From: a virus
Reading direction: 5' to 3' (one strand)
Length of the DNA stretch: 64,000 nt
IMG/VR virus record: IMGVR_UViG_3300033146_004399
Location: 96,001-160,000 of that record
Part shown: piece by piece, positions 11,703 through 21,891 of the stretch
Position numbering within the stretch: the stretch's first letter is position 1
Layout: every line of letters begins with the position of its first letter
Position numbers and translations under genes: made by a program
Notes under the pieces: model-generated
Database searches by the model: none
Seen by the model: only the letters and a program-made list of their open reading frames with translations
What the model was told of the DNA's origin: nothing

Positions 11703-12438
11703 TTGAAAAAGTATAAAGTAATAATTGAACAATACGAAGGAATTGCTAAAAACATACTCTTAAACAAAGTATGTGATAATTGTTTCTTTAATAGTGGCGA
11801 AAATAATTGTTCATTTACAGTCCCATGGAATCATATATTAAAAAAACAATCAAAAAATAAAACATGTTCTTTTTGGGGCGCTAAATGAACGAACATAATG
11901 ATTTAGACACTAAAATAGCAAGAAATTTACTTTTAAATCATGTATGCTATAATTGTAATTTTAATTTTAATTTTGGGAATATATGCGGAAGAGAAAGGTT
12001 ACTATATGGTTCTTTAAAGCCAATGACTCAATATCCTGAAGAAAAAACATGCATCAATTGGCAGAAAATAACATGAATGGTATTATTGCTAAAAATCTTC
12101 TATCAAATAGAACGTGTCGTAATTGTTGTCATAATTATAACAATAAATGTAGAAAAGATAGATTGATATATGGCCCTCATGAGCCATATGCAGCTTATCC
12201 GGAAGAAGAAACTTGTATCGATTGGGAACAGATTAACATTTTGAATCACGAAATCTCTTTAGAGAACGAAGATGAAAAGATGGCTAAAAATATGCTTTTG
12301 GATAGAAGTTGTATGAATTGCGATTGGCTTCGAGGTCATGATATGAAATGTCAAAAAAGAGTTATACTTCCTTCATATGAATATGGAGAACTCCCAGAAG
12401 AGAGAATATGTAATTACTGGAAAGAGAGATATAGTTGA
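11703..12438 (+). other. Three CDS carrying four copies of a Cys-rich microdomain (11703-11888, 11885-12076, ~12073-12438)
   Basis: A(K/R)N(I/L/M)LxxxxCxNC...C...(PEE)xxCxxW repeated. Confidence 0.75.
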
Positions 12439-12439
12439 C

Positions 12440-12468
12440 TTTGGACAATTGCTCAAATATGGTATAAT
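12440..12468 (+). promoter_or_regulatory. Class I promoter (TTTGGA-N17-TATAAT)
   Basis: TTTGGA 12440-12445, TATAAT 12463-12468. Confidence 0.75.
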
Positions 12469-12790
12469 TAAACATATTTAATTAAAGGAGTTTACACATG
12501 GCAGGAAAGAATATAAGCAAGTTTAAGAATACTATGGCTCATATATTGAATGAAGACTTCATGCAGAAAATCGGTAGTATGGAGAGTGAAGATATTAAGG
12601 CAGAGTTCCTTGACATTATCCGCAATCCTAATATTGTTATGGCTCCAGCAACTCGTAGGAAGTATGAAAGAGATATGGGTAGACAACATGGTGAATATGC
12701 TGTGAAGAATTATATATATCAACTTGGTATGAAGAGTGCTGGGATGGGAGTATTTAAGTAATGGAAATTGATGTCAGGGAAGCTGAAATT

Positions 12791-13165
12791 AAGAAAAAGA
12801 TTGAAGTGAGTATGGTAGATATAATATGACACTTAAAGATGACTTGGAAAGATACATAGACAAGTGGTACAAACGTTGTGACGAAGAAAACACATATATT
12901 AAACCAATTAAAATAGTTCCAGATGGTATTAAGTGTTGGGAATATGAAGTAAATGGGCCTCACTTCTCTTTATTTGATAGACGTATTATTGAATGGCGGA
13001 ATTTAAATATTATTTTAAATATAGACGAAAGTGATAGAAAAATTATTGATTTAGCTACAATAAGAGTGGCAAAAAGGTTGTTACTGAATAAAGCTTAATT
13101 ATATAAAAAGGTAGTTATGGAAGTAGAAATAAAGAAAAAGTTTGAAGTAAGTATGGTAGATATAA
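12791..13165 (+). repeat. 34-bp direct repeats (12791-12824, 13132-13165; 32/34 identical) flanking CDS 12826-13098, each inside a mini-ORF
   Basis: aagaaaaag(a/t)ttgaagt(g/a)agtatggtagatataa; mini-ORFs 12761-12829 and 13117-13170. Confidence 0.8.
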
Positions 13166-13166
13166 C

Positions 13167-13373
13167 GTGACGAAAGAGAAGCTGGAAAAGTTAACAACTA
13201 AGAGATTGTTAGCCTATTTAAGAAGTCAGTAGAAGACGCTTTTCCACTTCCGTTATGGCTGGGATGATTGGGCAAGAGATATGCCTATAGGTTTTGATCC
13301 CGAGGAGAAAGTCCTTCAAGATCAATATGATTTAACAAAAGAAGTTTTGGCTACACGTGAAAATGTGGTATAA
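13167..13373 (+). pseudogene. Frameshifted small phage gene
   Basis: GTG frame MTKEKLEKLTTKRLLAYLRSQ ends at TAG; the -1 frame continues VEDAFHFRYGWDDW...KEVLATRENVV to TAA 13371-13373. Confidence 0.6.
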
Positions 13374-13374
13374 T
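13346..13374 (+). promoter_or_regulatory. Class I promoter (TTTGGC-N17-TATAAT) upstream of rtcB
   Basis: TTTGGC 13346-13351, TATAAT 13369-13374. Confidence 0.7.
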
Positions 13375-13398
13375 TACTATAGTAATAAGAGGTAAAAA

Positions 13399-14676
13399 AT
13401 GGATGTTATAGGAAAATACGGAACAGCAATTATATATAACGATGATGTAGAACAGGAAGCTATATCGCAAGTTTATGCTCTTATGAATGATTCTATGATT
13501 GAGGGATCTACAGTTCGTATAATGCCGGATATTCATGCAGGAGCTGGTTGTGTTATTGGATACACTGCTATGCTTACAGATAAAGTTGTTCCTCAGCTCG
13601 TAGGAGTTGACATTTCGTGTGGGCTCTTGGGATTTAACTTGGGTCATAAAAAAGATATAAAGTTGAAATTTGATAAACTTGATAAATTTATTAGAAAAAA
13701 TATTCCTGCTGGTCAAACAGTAAATGATGAATTTGATGAAAATTTAATAAATAATATTTTTTCTTATATGAATGTTAAGTTTAAAACTTGGGATAAATAT
13801 AAAAAAGAATTAGAAAAAGCTTGTAATAGAACACATCAAGATTTTGATTATGTGTTACGATCATTAGGTTCCATGGGTGGAGGAAACCATTATTTAGAAC
13901 TTGGTGAAAGTAATGAAGGTGAATTGTGGATGATAGTCCATTCAGGGAGCAGAAACTTTGGTTTGAAAACAGCCCTCCACCACCAGAAGATAGCTGAAGA
14001 TCAAACTCTCACTATGTCTAAAGATGATTATGACGCTAAAGTTGAAGAGATTAGAAAGACTAAGAAAGGGAAAGGCATTGAAGTTGCTATACAGAAGTTG
14101 AGAAAACAATCTAAAGTTCGGAAGCATAAAAGAACTGGTCTTGAATACCTTGAAGGTGAAAAAGCAGAAGATTATTATAAAGATATGTATATTGCTCAAA
14201 TTTATGCAAGTTTAAGCCGTCATATTATGATTTATAAAATTGTTAAATTTTATGGGTTGAAATTTGATAAAGATAAATTGCTAGAAACAGTTCATAACTA
14301 TATAAATTTTAAGGATAGAGTATTAAGGAAAGGAGCTGTATCTGCTCATAAAGACGAGATGTTATTTATTCCTATGAATATGAAAACAGGAACGCTTTTG
14401 TGCCGAGGCAAAGGAAATGAAGCGTGGAATTGTTCCGCACCGCACGGTGCGGGTCGCAAAATATCTCGTACTAAAGCTAAAGCTTCCATAAGATTAGAAG
14501 ATTATCAAAAGGTTATGAGAGATGCTAAAGTATGGACAACATGTGTAAATAAATCAACTTTGGATGAAGCACCTGCTGCATATAAAAAACCAGAGGATAT
14601 TATTAAATACATAGAACCAACTGTTGACATTATTACTATGATAAAACCTTTGTACAATTATAAAGCAAATTCATAA
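13399..14676 (+). CDS. rtcB: RtcB RNA 3'-phosphate/5'-OH ligase
   Basis: MPDIHAG, VGVDISCG, GSMGGGNHYLE, VHSGSR, RKGA, SAPHGAGR and DEAPAAYK motifs. Confidence 0.95.
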   Translation: MDVIGKYGTAIIYNDDVEQEAISQVYALMNDSMIEGSTVRIMPDIHAGAGCVIGYTAMLTDKVVPQLVGVDISCGLLGFNLGHKKDIKLKFDKLDKFIRKNIPAGQTVNDEFDENLINNIFSYMNVKFKTWDKYKKELEKACNRTHQDFDYVLRSLGSMGGGNHYLELGESNEGELWMIVHSGSRNFGLKTALHHQKIAEDQTLTMSKDDYDAKVEEIRKTKKGKGIEVAIQKLRKQSKVRKHKRTGLEYLEGEKAEDYYKDMYIAQIYASLSRHIMIYKIVKFYGLKFDKDKLLETVHNYINFKDRVLRKGAVSAHKDEMLFIPMNMKTGTLLCRGKGNEAWNCSAPHGAGRKISRTKAKASIRLEDYQKVMRDAKVWTTCVNKSTLDEAPAAYKKPEDIIKYIEPTVDIITMIKPLYNYKANS

Positions 14677-14693
14677 TTTCCTTAGCCAAATTT

Positions 14694-14744
14694 ATGAATA
14701 ACTCCAACAGGTTATAAAGATAACTTCACAAAGGAGTTATTTAT
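14694..14744 (+). promoter_or_regulatory. RBS-sequestering hairpin with a class II (TAAAGAT) promoter box in its loop
   Basis: AATAACTCC 14697-14705 pairs perfectly with GGAGTTATT 14733-14741 (the SD of the endonuclease); TAAAGAT at 14715-14721 lies between the arms. Confidence 0.7.
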
Positions 14745-15609
14745 GAATTATTATGTTTATTGTTATATTGATGGAAAAAAGGGAAATACGATTTATAAAA
14801 ATTATGAATTTAACGGAGAACCTTTTTATATTGGAATGGGATCTAATGACAGATATTTAAACCACTTAGTAAATGCTAAAAAAGAAAATTATAATTTTTT
14901 GCCAAAACATTATAAAATAAGAAAAATGTTTAAAGAAAGTAATGAGCCTATAATAATAAAATTATTAGAAAATATTTCAAAAGAAGAAGCTATTAAAGCT
15001 GAAATATTTTTTATAAATTTAATAGGAAGACGAGATCTTCAACAAGGTCCTCTATTTAATCTTACAAAAGGTGGAGAAGGAGGTAATACAGGAATTCCAT
15101 GGAACAAAGGAATGAAATATAAAAATAAAAAAAATTCTGTAATGTTTAGTGGCCCTGGCAACCCGTTTTATGGTAAACATCATACGAACGAAACAAAGAA
15201 AAAAATAAGTGATTTCCATAAAGGTAATCAATACGCAAAAGGGGCAGTAAGGTCTGAAGAAACAAGAAAGAAAATAAGTGAAGCTCGTAAAGGTAAATAT
15301 TTAGGAGAAGATAGTTTTTGGTATGGTAAACACCACACCGAAGAAACAAGAAAGAAAATAGGTGAAGCTAATAAAGGTAAATTAAAGGGTGATAAAAATC
15401 CTTCTAAACGCTTAGACGTGAGAGAAAAGATTAGCCTGGCAATATCAAAAACATATAAAATAATAAATCCAGATGGGGTTGAAATTATATATAAAGGTAA
15501 TTTACGAACATTTTGCGAAAAAAGAAATTTAGTTCCTCATTTATTACGTAGTGTTGCAAAAGGAAGAAGAAAAGAATATAAAGGATGGAAATGTGAGTAT
15601 GTTGAGTAG
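14743..15609 (+). CDS. Free-standing GIY-YIG homing endonuclease with NUMOD3 repeats
   Basis: YYVYCY...PFYIGMG..R catalytic module; NPFYGKHHTNETKKKIS and WYGKHHTEETRKKIG repeats. Confidence 0.85.
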   Translation: MNYYVYCYIDGKKGNTIYKNYEFNGEPFYIGMGSNDRYLNHLVNAKKENYNFLPKHYKIRKMFKESNEPIIIKLLENISKEEAIKAEIFFINLIGRRDLQQGPLFNLTKGGEGGNTGIPWNKGMKYKNKKNSVMFSGPGNPFYGKHHTNETKKKISDFHKGNQYAKGAVRSEETRKKISEARKGKYLGEDSFWYGKHHTEETRKKIGEANKGKLKGDKNPSKRLDVREKISLAISKTYKIINPDGVEIIYKGNLRTFCEKRNLVPHLLRSVAKGRRKEYKGWKCEYVE

Positions 15610-16517
15610 AATAAAAAAAGTATTTCTATGAGATTATGGCGTTTAAATAATGCATAGTTTATTGAGGGAAGGGTGAGATGACTAGAAGCGATATTCTATT
15701 AGATACAAAAGACACTTTAAAAGAAATGGATGAAGCAATTTGTTCTCCTAAAGCTAAAAATCATGTGGAAGAAATGGCTGATATATTGGAAGATTTTTGG
15801 ACTCTGACGCTAACAATCGAGAAGGATGAAGACTTCAAACCCCTAGGACAGCACATGAGAAAAATATTTTATAGAGAGAACAAATGACTGGACTAGACAT
15901 CTTCTATAATGCCTTTGAAGAGTCCTGGTTCGAGTTTAAACATCCAGCAAGAGTGAGCATTTCCTGGGTTAAAGTTATTGATTTCAGTCCGAAATATAGC
16001 GGTGATGTTGGTTCAAACATTAGAGTCATCTCTGTTTATAAAGATGGTAAGATTGGTCCTCGTAAAAATTCAATTGATAAAATAAAAAATATCATCAATG
16101 CTACAGAAAACCTTTCATACTATAAATTACTTAAAAATTGCACTGTCATAGAAGATGAAGAGAAAATTAATGAATTAACACTCATAGAAGTTAAGCTGAG
16201 ACTTCTATGACTATAATTGAACACACCATCCAAGAGATGATGGGGGAATGGTATTACTATATAATATGGGAAGACACACAATACGAGTATACTAATTATA
16301 TATTGGTTGATAGTGATGCATACTCATTAAGTAGTGTAAAAGTTTATATTGTTAGTATCGCCTCCTCCAAAGGCATCCTAAGTAATATTAGGTGGAGTGG
16401 AGTTTATGCTGATGTAAAGTTGGCAAAACTTTTAGAGTATGAACGGCTCGAAGATGGAGATACAAAAGATAAATTGATTGCATCATATACTAAAAAACTA
16501 TTACAGCAAAGGATATA

Positions 16518-16814
16518 ATGGATATTGAAAAATTAGCATAAGATATTGGACTTGATGCCACTACTTATAAAGCCCTACTTGAGATGTTTATTGAAGATAC
16601 TTTTAGAAGTTTAGTAACGATAAAAAAAGCCTTAAAGACAAATAACCATGAGTTGATATCATTTGAAATACACTTAATTAAGGGTGCAGCGTTAAATTTA
16701 TCGTTGGATAATATAGTTTAAATTATAGAGCTTGATGAAATTGAAACGTTAATTAAGAAATGTGAAATTGAGTTACATGATATGGAGGTAGAATGTGAGA
16801 AAAACACTATGTGA
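16518..16814 (+). pseudogene. Histidine-phosphotransfer (Hpt) domain gene with two in-frame TAA stops
   Basis: MDIEKLA*DIGLD..YKALLEMFIED...FEIHLIKGAALNLSLDNIV*; HxIKGAAxNL Hpt motif; TAA at 16539-16541 and 16719-16721; not in the ORF track. Confidence 0.75.
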
Positions 16815-17615
16815 AGGATGTAAATTTTATTCTTTAGAAAAGAAGAAAATTAGATTAAATGCAAAATTTATAGAAGAAGAATTGACTGAATATACTTTTA
16901 AGGTATGTAGTGCTTTTTATCCTCCCATATATATTAATGGAAATTCATCAGAATGTAATTTCTATAAAGAAAAAAAGACGAGGAAAAATATTAATAGTAA
17001 AAGCTAGGATGTTATTATTATGAATATAATTGAATGTATTATAGATATGATGTTAAACAATTGGTATATAAAAATTGATAAATACAATAGAATTAATGCT
17101 ATTAAATTATTAGATAAAACTATATATTATGAAGACAGTTTAGAGTTTTATACTATTATTTTTTATGAAAGTGATAATTTTAAAGATTTTAAAGACGGCT
17201 ATTATAGTATGAAAAAAATAAAAGATATATTAAAATATATCCCAATAAGTGAAGCTAATTTGAATGAAAAAGTGTTAATAACATTTGCTAAAGAATTATT
17301 AAGTGAAACCTAAAATATTATTGTGAAAGTGAGAAAAAAGAAATGAATGAAGGAAATTATCAAGGTGTAAAGCTACCACCAACTACGCCAAAACCACCTA
17401 TTATAGTTAGAGGCAGAAAAACGGATACATATAAACAAGCTTTTATTGATGGTCTTATTTGTTATGCGTGGTGGAAGGACGGCGTTCAATATGTAGGAAT
17501 GGCAGGAACTACTTTAAAGGAAGCTATAAAAGAAGTAGAAGCATCATGGAATTATCATGGGTAAACAAAGATTTTACAGAAGTTTTATGATTAAGAAGCA
17601 TAGTTATGTTTATAT

Positions 17616-17687
17616 GTTGTTATGGTCTAATGGTATGATGCGGGATTCTAAATCCTTGCGGTTTGGGTTCGATTCCCAATAACGACA
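17616..17687 (+). tRNA. tRNA with CUA anticodon (amber suppressor-like); CCA not encoded
   Basis: 7-bp acceptor GTTGTTA/TAACGAC plus A73; D-loop AATGGTA; anticodon arm CGGGA-TTCTAAA-TCCTT (CTA 17648-17650, top pair mismatched); T-arm TTGGG-TTCGATT-CCCAA; 72 nt. Confidence 0.8.
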
Positions 17688-19079
17688 ATATGATTACTAG
17701 AGAAATTATAGAATTAACAAGGGAGTGGCTTGGGGATGAAGGTATAACTGCATTTACTAAGATAGTGTTAGGAAGTGATTTAATTTACTTCCATTTTACA
17801 GCAGGTATGGACGTGAGAAATTTCCTTAGAGATACTACTTTATGTAAAAATTGGAACCCTCATGACTTTGATAATAACTGGCAAAAAATAATAATGAAAG
17901 CGATAGCAGAAGATTATACAGAAGAGGAGCTTATTAATGATAGAGATAGCTAGAGAATGGTATAAGAAACACACACGTCATATTGATGACTTGATGACTT
18001 CAAGAATGGAAGCATTGTATCTTAGACAAATCGATAAGGTTGGGTTTGAACCTCCTGAAGAGGATATGAAAAACCCTGAACGTTGGAAAGGTGATCATTG
18101 GCTGTGGTTTTCTAAAGAATACGGAATGGAGTAATGGAAATTATAAGACGGCAAAATTTTAATCTTGAATTTTATGAAATTCAAGATGGAATTAATACTC
18201 TCCGTATAGGACTTGCTGGTTTTAGAAAAGGCGAACCAGGCGCTTCAATGTTCTATCCTGAAAGTGGCGATGATTATATATTGGTCATTTATGATAATGG
18301 TTGGTATAAATTTCATATTAATGAGTTTACACATGAAGCAGGTTTAGAATATATCTCTGAAAAATTACATTGCTCCCTAGGTGATGCTAAAATTATTCGT
18401 GCTTTCATCAATGATTTATTTGAGCAAGATTCTCTTCTCCCACTTCTAACTGATGGAGCCACAGATTTCCATCTTAAAAATCCATATTTAATGAGGTAAT
18501 AATGTCTACACCAAATTTTCCTAAATTATGTATTGATGAGGATATTTCTATATTATCAAATCAAAAAAAAGACAAAATTGTTGATATTAGAGAACAACTT
18601 TGGCTGGAAGAACAACGGCAAAAGCCTGAAATAAGTAAAGAACAGATTCTTAGAAATAGAGAATACGAGCTAGATAGGAGAATTGAAAAAATACAAAAAG
18701 ATAAAGAAAGTTTTATAGAAAAATTTATTATATTATATTATTATTATTTGAAATTGAAAAATATAGATAAATATAAAGGCTTTTATAAAATTAAACTGGG
18801 TTCTTACATTATGAAAAAATATATAGTTTTCGGAAATGCGGAAAACTCAAACCATAGATTGGTAATATATAATAATAATAAGAAAATACTATTTAAAATA
18901 AAAGATAAATGGTATAATTTGTTTGATAATTTTGAAATAATAAAATTTGAATCTGAAGCAATATTTGAATTAGAGGAATTTTACAATTTACTTATTGATG
19001 TGATAAACGAAGAATTAAGAAAGAAGGAAGAAATACTAGATAATATAGATTTAACTAATATATCTTTAAAGGAGTTAAT

Positions 19080-19997
19080 ATGATAATAAAAATTATAGGG
19101 GCTGGCAATGCCTTTTCATACAAAAATTATAATCAATCATTCTTATTAGAGGAAGGCGGAAAGAAAATGCTCATTGATATAGGAGCAAGAGTACCTTTAG
19201 CTCTCCATGATGCAAATATCCCGCTTTCAGATATTGATGCAGTTTATATTTCACATGCACACGCAGATCATATTGGTGGTCTTGAAGAAATGGCATTTAT
19301 GAGATATGATTGGATGAATAAACCTCGTAAGTGGGACGATTATAAATATTTGAAGAATCCTAGAGATTATATGTCAGGGAATGAAAAAAAATATGCACCT
19401 AAATTAATAGCAAATGAACTTTTGCTTAAAGAGCTGTGGGATCATTCTTTGAAGGGCGGTTTAGATTCTATGGAAGGATTTGATTCTTCTTTAGAAACAT
19501 TTTTTGAACCAATCCCAGTTAAAGCCAATGTCCCGTTCACTTGGCAGGGATGGAAGTTTGATCTTATTCAACAAATTCATATAATGACAGGAAGTATAAT
19601 TAAATATACATTCGGCCTCCTCATGTCTAAGAAGGGACATAAAACAATATATTTCACAACTGATAGTCAGCATTGCTCTCCAAGACAGATTGAGACATTC
19701 TACAAAAAGGCTGATATTATATTTCAGGATTGTGAATGCGTCGGAGTTGATACATCTACAAAAGAATATAAATTCGGTTCTGGAGTACATGCAAATTATG
19801 CTCAGCTTGCTGGTTACTCATCTGCTAATTCTGTACGTCTAGACGATGATATTAAGGCCAAGATGTGGTTATCTCATTATCAAGATTTTGTATCAGAAGG
19901 AAAAGATGGTTTTGGCAATAATTGTGATTGGAGTAATCTTGCGCATAGTGATGGGTTTAATGGATTTGTCGCAGTTGGGCAGGAATTTGAAATTTAA
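19080..19997 (+). CDS. Metallo-beta-lactamase-fold phosphodiesterase, Apyc1-like
   Basis: GAGNAF, LIDIG, ISHAHADHIGGLEEMAF, LWDHSLKGGL, SGVHANYAQL and KMWLSHY motifs. Confidence 0.75.
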   Translation: MIIKIIGAGNAFSYKNYNQSFLLEEGGKKMLIDIGARVPLALHDANIPLSDIDAVYISHAHADHIGGLEEMAFMRYDWMNKPRKWDDYKYLKNPRDYMSGNEKKYAPKLIANELLLKELWDHSLKGGLDSMEGFDSSLETFFEPIPVKANVPFTWQGWKFDLIQQIHIMTGSIIKYTFGLLMSKKGHKTIYFTTDSQHCSPRQIETFYKKADIIFQDCECVGVDTSTKEYKFGSGVHANYAQLAGYSSANSVRLDDDIKAKMWLSHYQDFVSEGKDGFGNNCDWSNLAHSDGFNGFVAVGQEFEI

Positions 19998-20271
19998 TTA
20001 AACCTTGGGAGAGGAGAGGAGATATGATTAAGAAGACTGCACTATGGATTTTATGGACATTTATTAAAGGATTCAAAATAATTGGTATATCTATACTTAT
20101 GCTGGGATTTATGGCAGGTTTAATTGGTATAATTATTATATTAGTATGGTGGGGGATTAAAAATAAAGAATATTTAATTCTTTCAAGTATTATTGTTAAT
20201 TGCATATTTATATATGGATTAATATATAGAGTTGTATGGAATTTAAAGTTACCGGAACCATTAAGGAGACT

Positions 20272-20422
20272 ATGAATAAGGAAGAATTAATAAGATTCAT
20301 CCTTAAAGAAAAAGAAACTTTAGTCAAGATTGAAAAAAAAAAATGGATTAATCGAAGAGAAAAAAGAAGTTGCTAAAAAGAGATTGTATTTAAAATTGAA
20401 GGATGAATATGAGGAAAGATAA
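20272..20422 (+). pseudogene. Small gene frameshifted in an A11 homopolymer (20333-20343)
   Basis: MNKEELIRFILKEKETLVKIE continues in another frame as GLIEEKKEVAKKRLYLKLKDEYEER. Confidence 0.5.
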
Positions 20423-20876
20423 AAAATTAATATCTCTTCGAAGGGAGAAAAATTATTTAGATATTATAGATGATGTTACAAACAATTATGTTAGATTAAT
20501 ACCAGATAAAGTAGATTTAAATATGGGTGTTGAATTTTATAAAACTAAATCTGTAATAGAGAACGGGCAATTTCTTTTAGAAGTTAAAGATGATTATCTT
20601 GAAATAATTAATGGTAAAAGTAATTATTCTATTAGGCTTATTGTTGAAGGGCCTGGAAGAAGTGTAACTGTTAAATTTTGTAAACCTGGTAAAAGAGGTG
20701 GATTTTCTACAGTATACATTTCACAAAAAAATGCAAAAATAAAGGAGAAATAAAATGGAAACTATAGAAATTGACCTCTCATTAGAAGATTATTTTACTC
20801 TTAATGAGATGGCTCGAGAGAAAGAACAATTGTTAGGTGGTTTTATAAACGATATAATCAAAGATTATATTAAGAC

Positions 20877-20905
20877 TTTGGAAAAGGATAAACCTGTAGT
20901 ATAAT
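20877..20905 (+). promoter_or_regulatory. Class I promoter (TTTGGA-N17-TATAAT) upstream of the RNA ligase
   Basis: TTTGGA 20877-20882, TATAAT 20900-20905. Confidence 0.75.
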
Positions 20906-20935
20906 TATTATAGTAATTGGGAGTTGTAATTACTT

Positions 20936-21565
20936 ATGAACAGATATAAATATCCACGAACATTTCATCTCACATTTTCTCCAGGTAAAACATCAGATGA
21001 TAAAACCATCTCTGATATGTCTGCCTTTGAAGGTGAAAGGGTGGTAATAACAGAGAAAATGGATGGCGAATCATGTACTATTTATTCTGATGGTTTTACA
21101 CATGCTCGTTCCATAGATAGTAAATTTCATCCTTCAAGATCATGGGTTAAAAGTTTAGCATCTTCTTTGGATTTTACTGGTATAGGCGAAGACATTAGAC
21201 TTTGTGGCGAAAATATGTATGCTAAACATTCCATCCATTATAAAAATTTAAAGTCTTATTTCTACCTCTTTGGTGTCTGGACTGATAATGTATGTCAGCC
21301 ATGGGAAATTACTAAACAAATAGCTGATGTATTAAGTGTTGAGTTGGTGCCAGTTCTGTATGAAGGAATATATGACCCGTTATTTCTTGCAGCTCTTCCG
21401 TCATCTCTAAGAGATGACCAGGAAGGTTTTGTAATAAGAAGAACCGGAATAATAACTCTTAAAGATTGGCCTACTCATGTAGCTAAATGGGTTAGACCAA
21501 ACCACGTACAAACAGATAAACATTGGATGTATCAGGAAATGATAAAAAACATACTAAGAAGTTAA
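20936..21565 (+). CDS. ATP-dependent RNA ligase family protein
   Basis: KYPRTFHL, SPG..DDK, TEKMDGE (KxDG), LCGENMY, EGFVIR and KWVR motifs. Confidence 0.85.
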   Translation: MNRYKYPRTFHLTFSPGKTSDDKTISDMSAFEGERVVITEKMDGESCTIYSDGFTHARSIDSKFHPSRSWVKSLASSLDFTGIGEDIRLCGENMYAKHSIHYKNLKSYFYLFGVWTDNVCQPWEITKQIADVLSVELVPVLYEGIYDPLFLAALPSSLRDDQEGFVIRRTGIITLKDWPTHVAKWVRPNHVQTDKHWMYQEMIKNILRS

Positions 21566-21567
21566 TT

Positions 21568-21861
21568 ATGGAAGTTGAAACTCACTGGATTGAAAATGAA
21601 TTTGGATATTGTTGTTATGTATTTGATCATGATAATACTAAAGAAAACAAATTATATGCTGAAGTATTTCATTTGCGTGTTTATCCAGAATTTAGAAAAC
21701 AAGGTAAATCAAGAAAAATTCTGCAAGAAGCGATTGATTCTATAAGAAAAACAGGTTATAGTGATGAAATAAGAATTGAAGCTTTACCAGAGGAAAATAG
21801 TATTAGTTTGGAAGAACTTACTTTATTTTATAAACGTATGGGGTTTAAAATTTATAAATAA
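21568..21861 (+). CDS. GNAT-family N-acetyltransferase
   Basis: LRVYPEFRKQGKSRKIL acetyl-CoA motif A and LFYKRMGF. Confidence 0.75.
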   Translation: MEVETHWIENEFGYCCYVFDHDNTKENKLYAEVFHLRVYPEFRKQGKSRKILQEAIDSIRKTGYSDEIRIEALPEENSISLEELTLFYKRMGFKIYK

Positions 21862-21862
21862 T

Positions 21863-21891
21863 TTTGGAGATTTATTAATATATGTTATAAT
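21863..21891 (+). promoter_or_regulatory. Class I promoter (TTTGGA-N17-TATAAT)
   Basis: TTTGGA 21863-21868, TATAAT 21886-21891. Confidence 0.75.

Noticed and set aside
17641-17655. Alternative reading of the tRNA as Arg(TCT)
   Set aside because: Shifting the loop by one base destroys the anticodon stem; the pairing register centres CTA
17663-17689. TTG start of ORF 17663-17953
   Set aside because: It lies inside the tRNA T-arm; ATG at 17690 is the more plausible start
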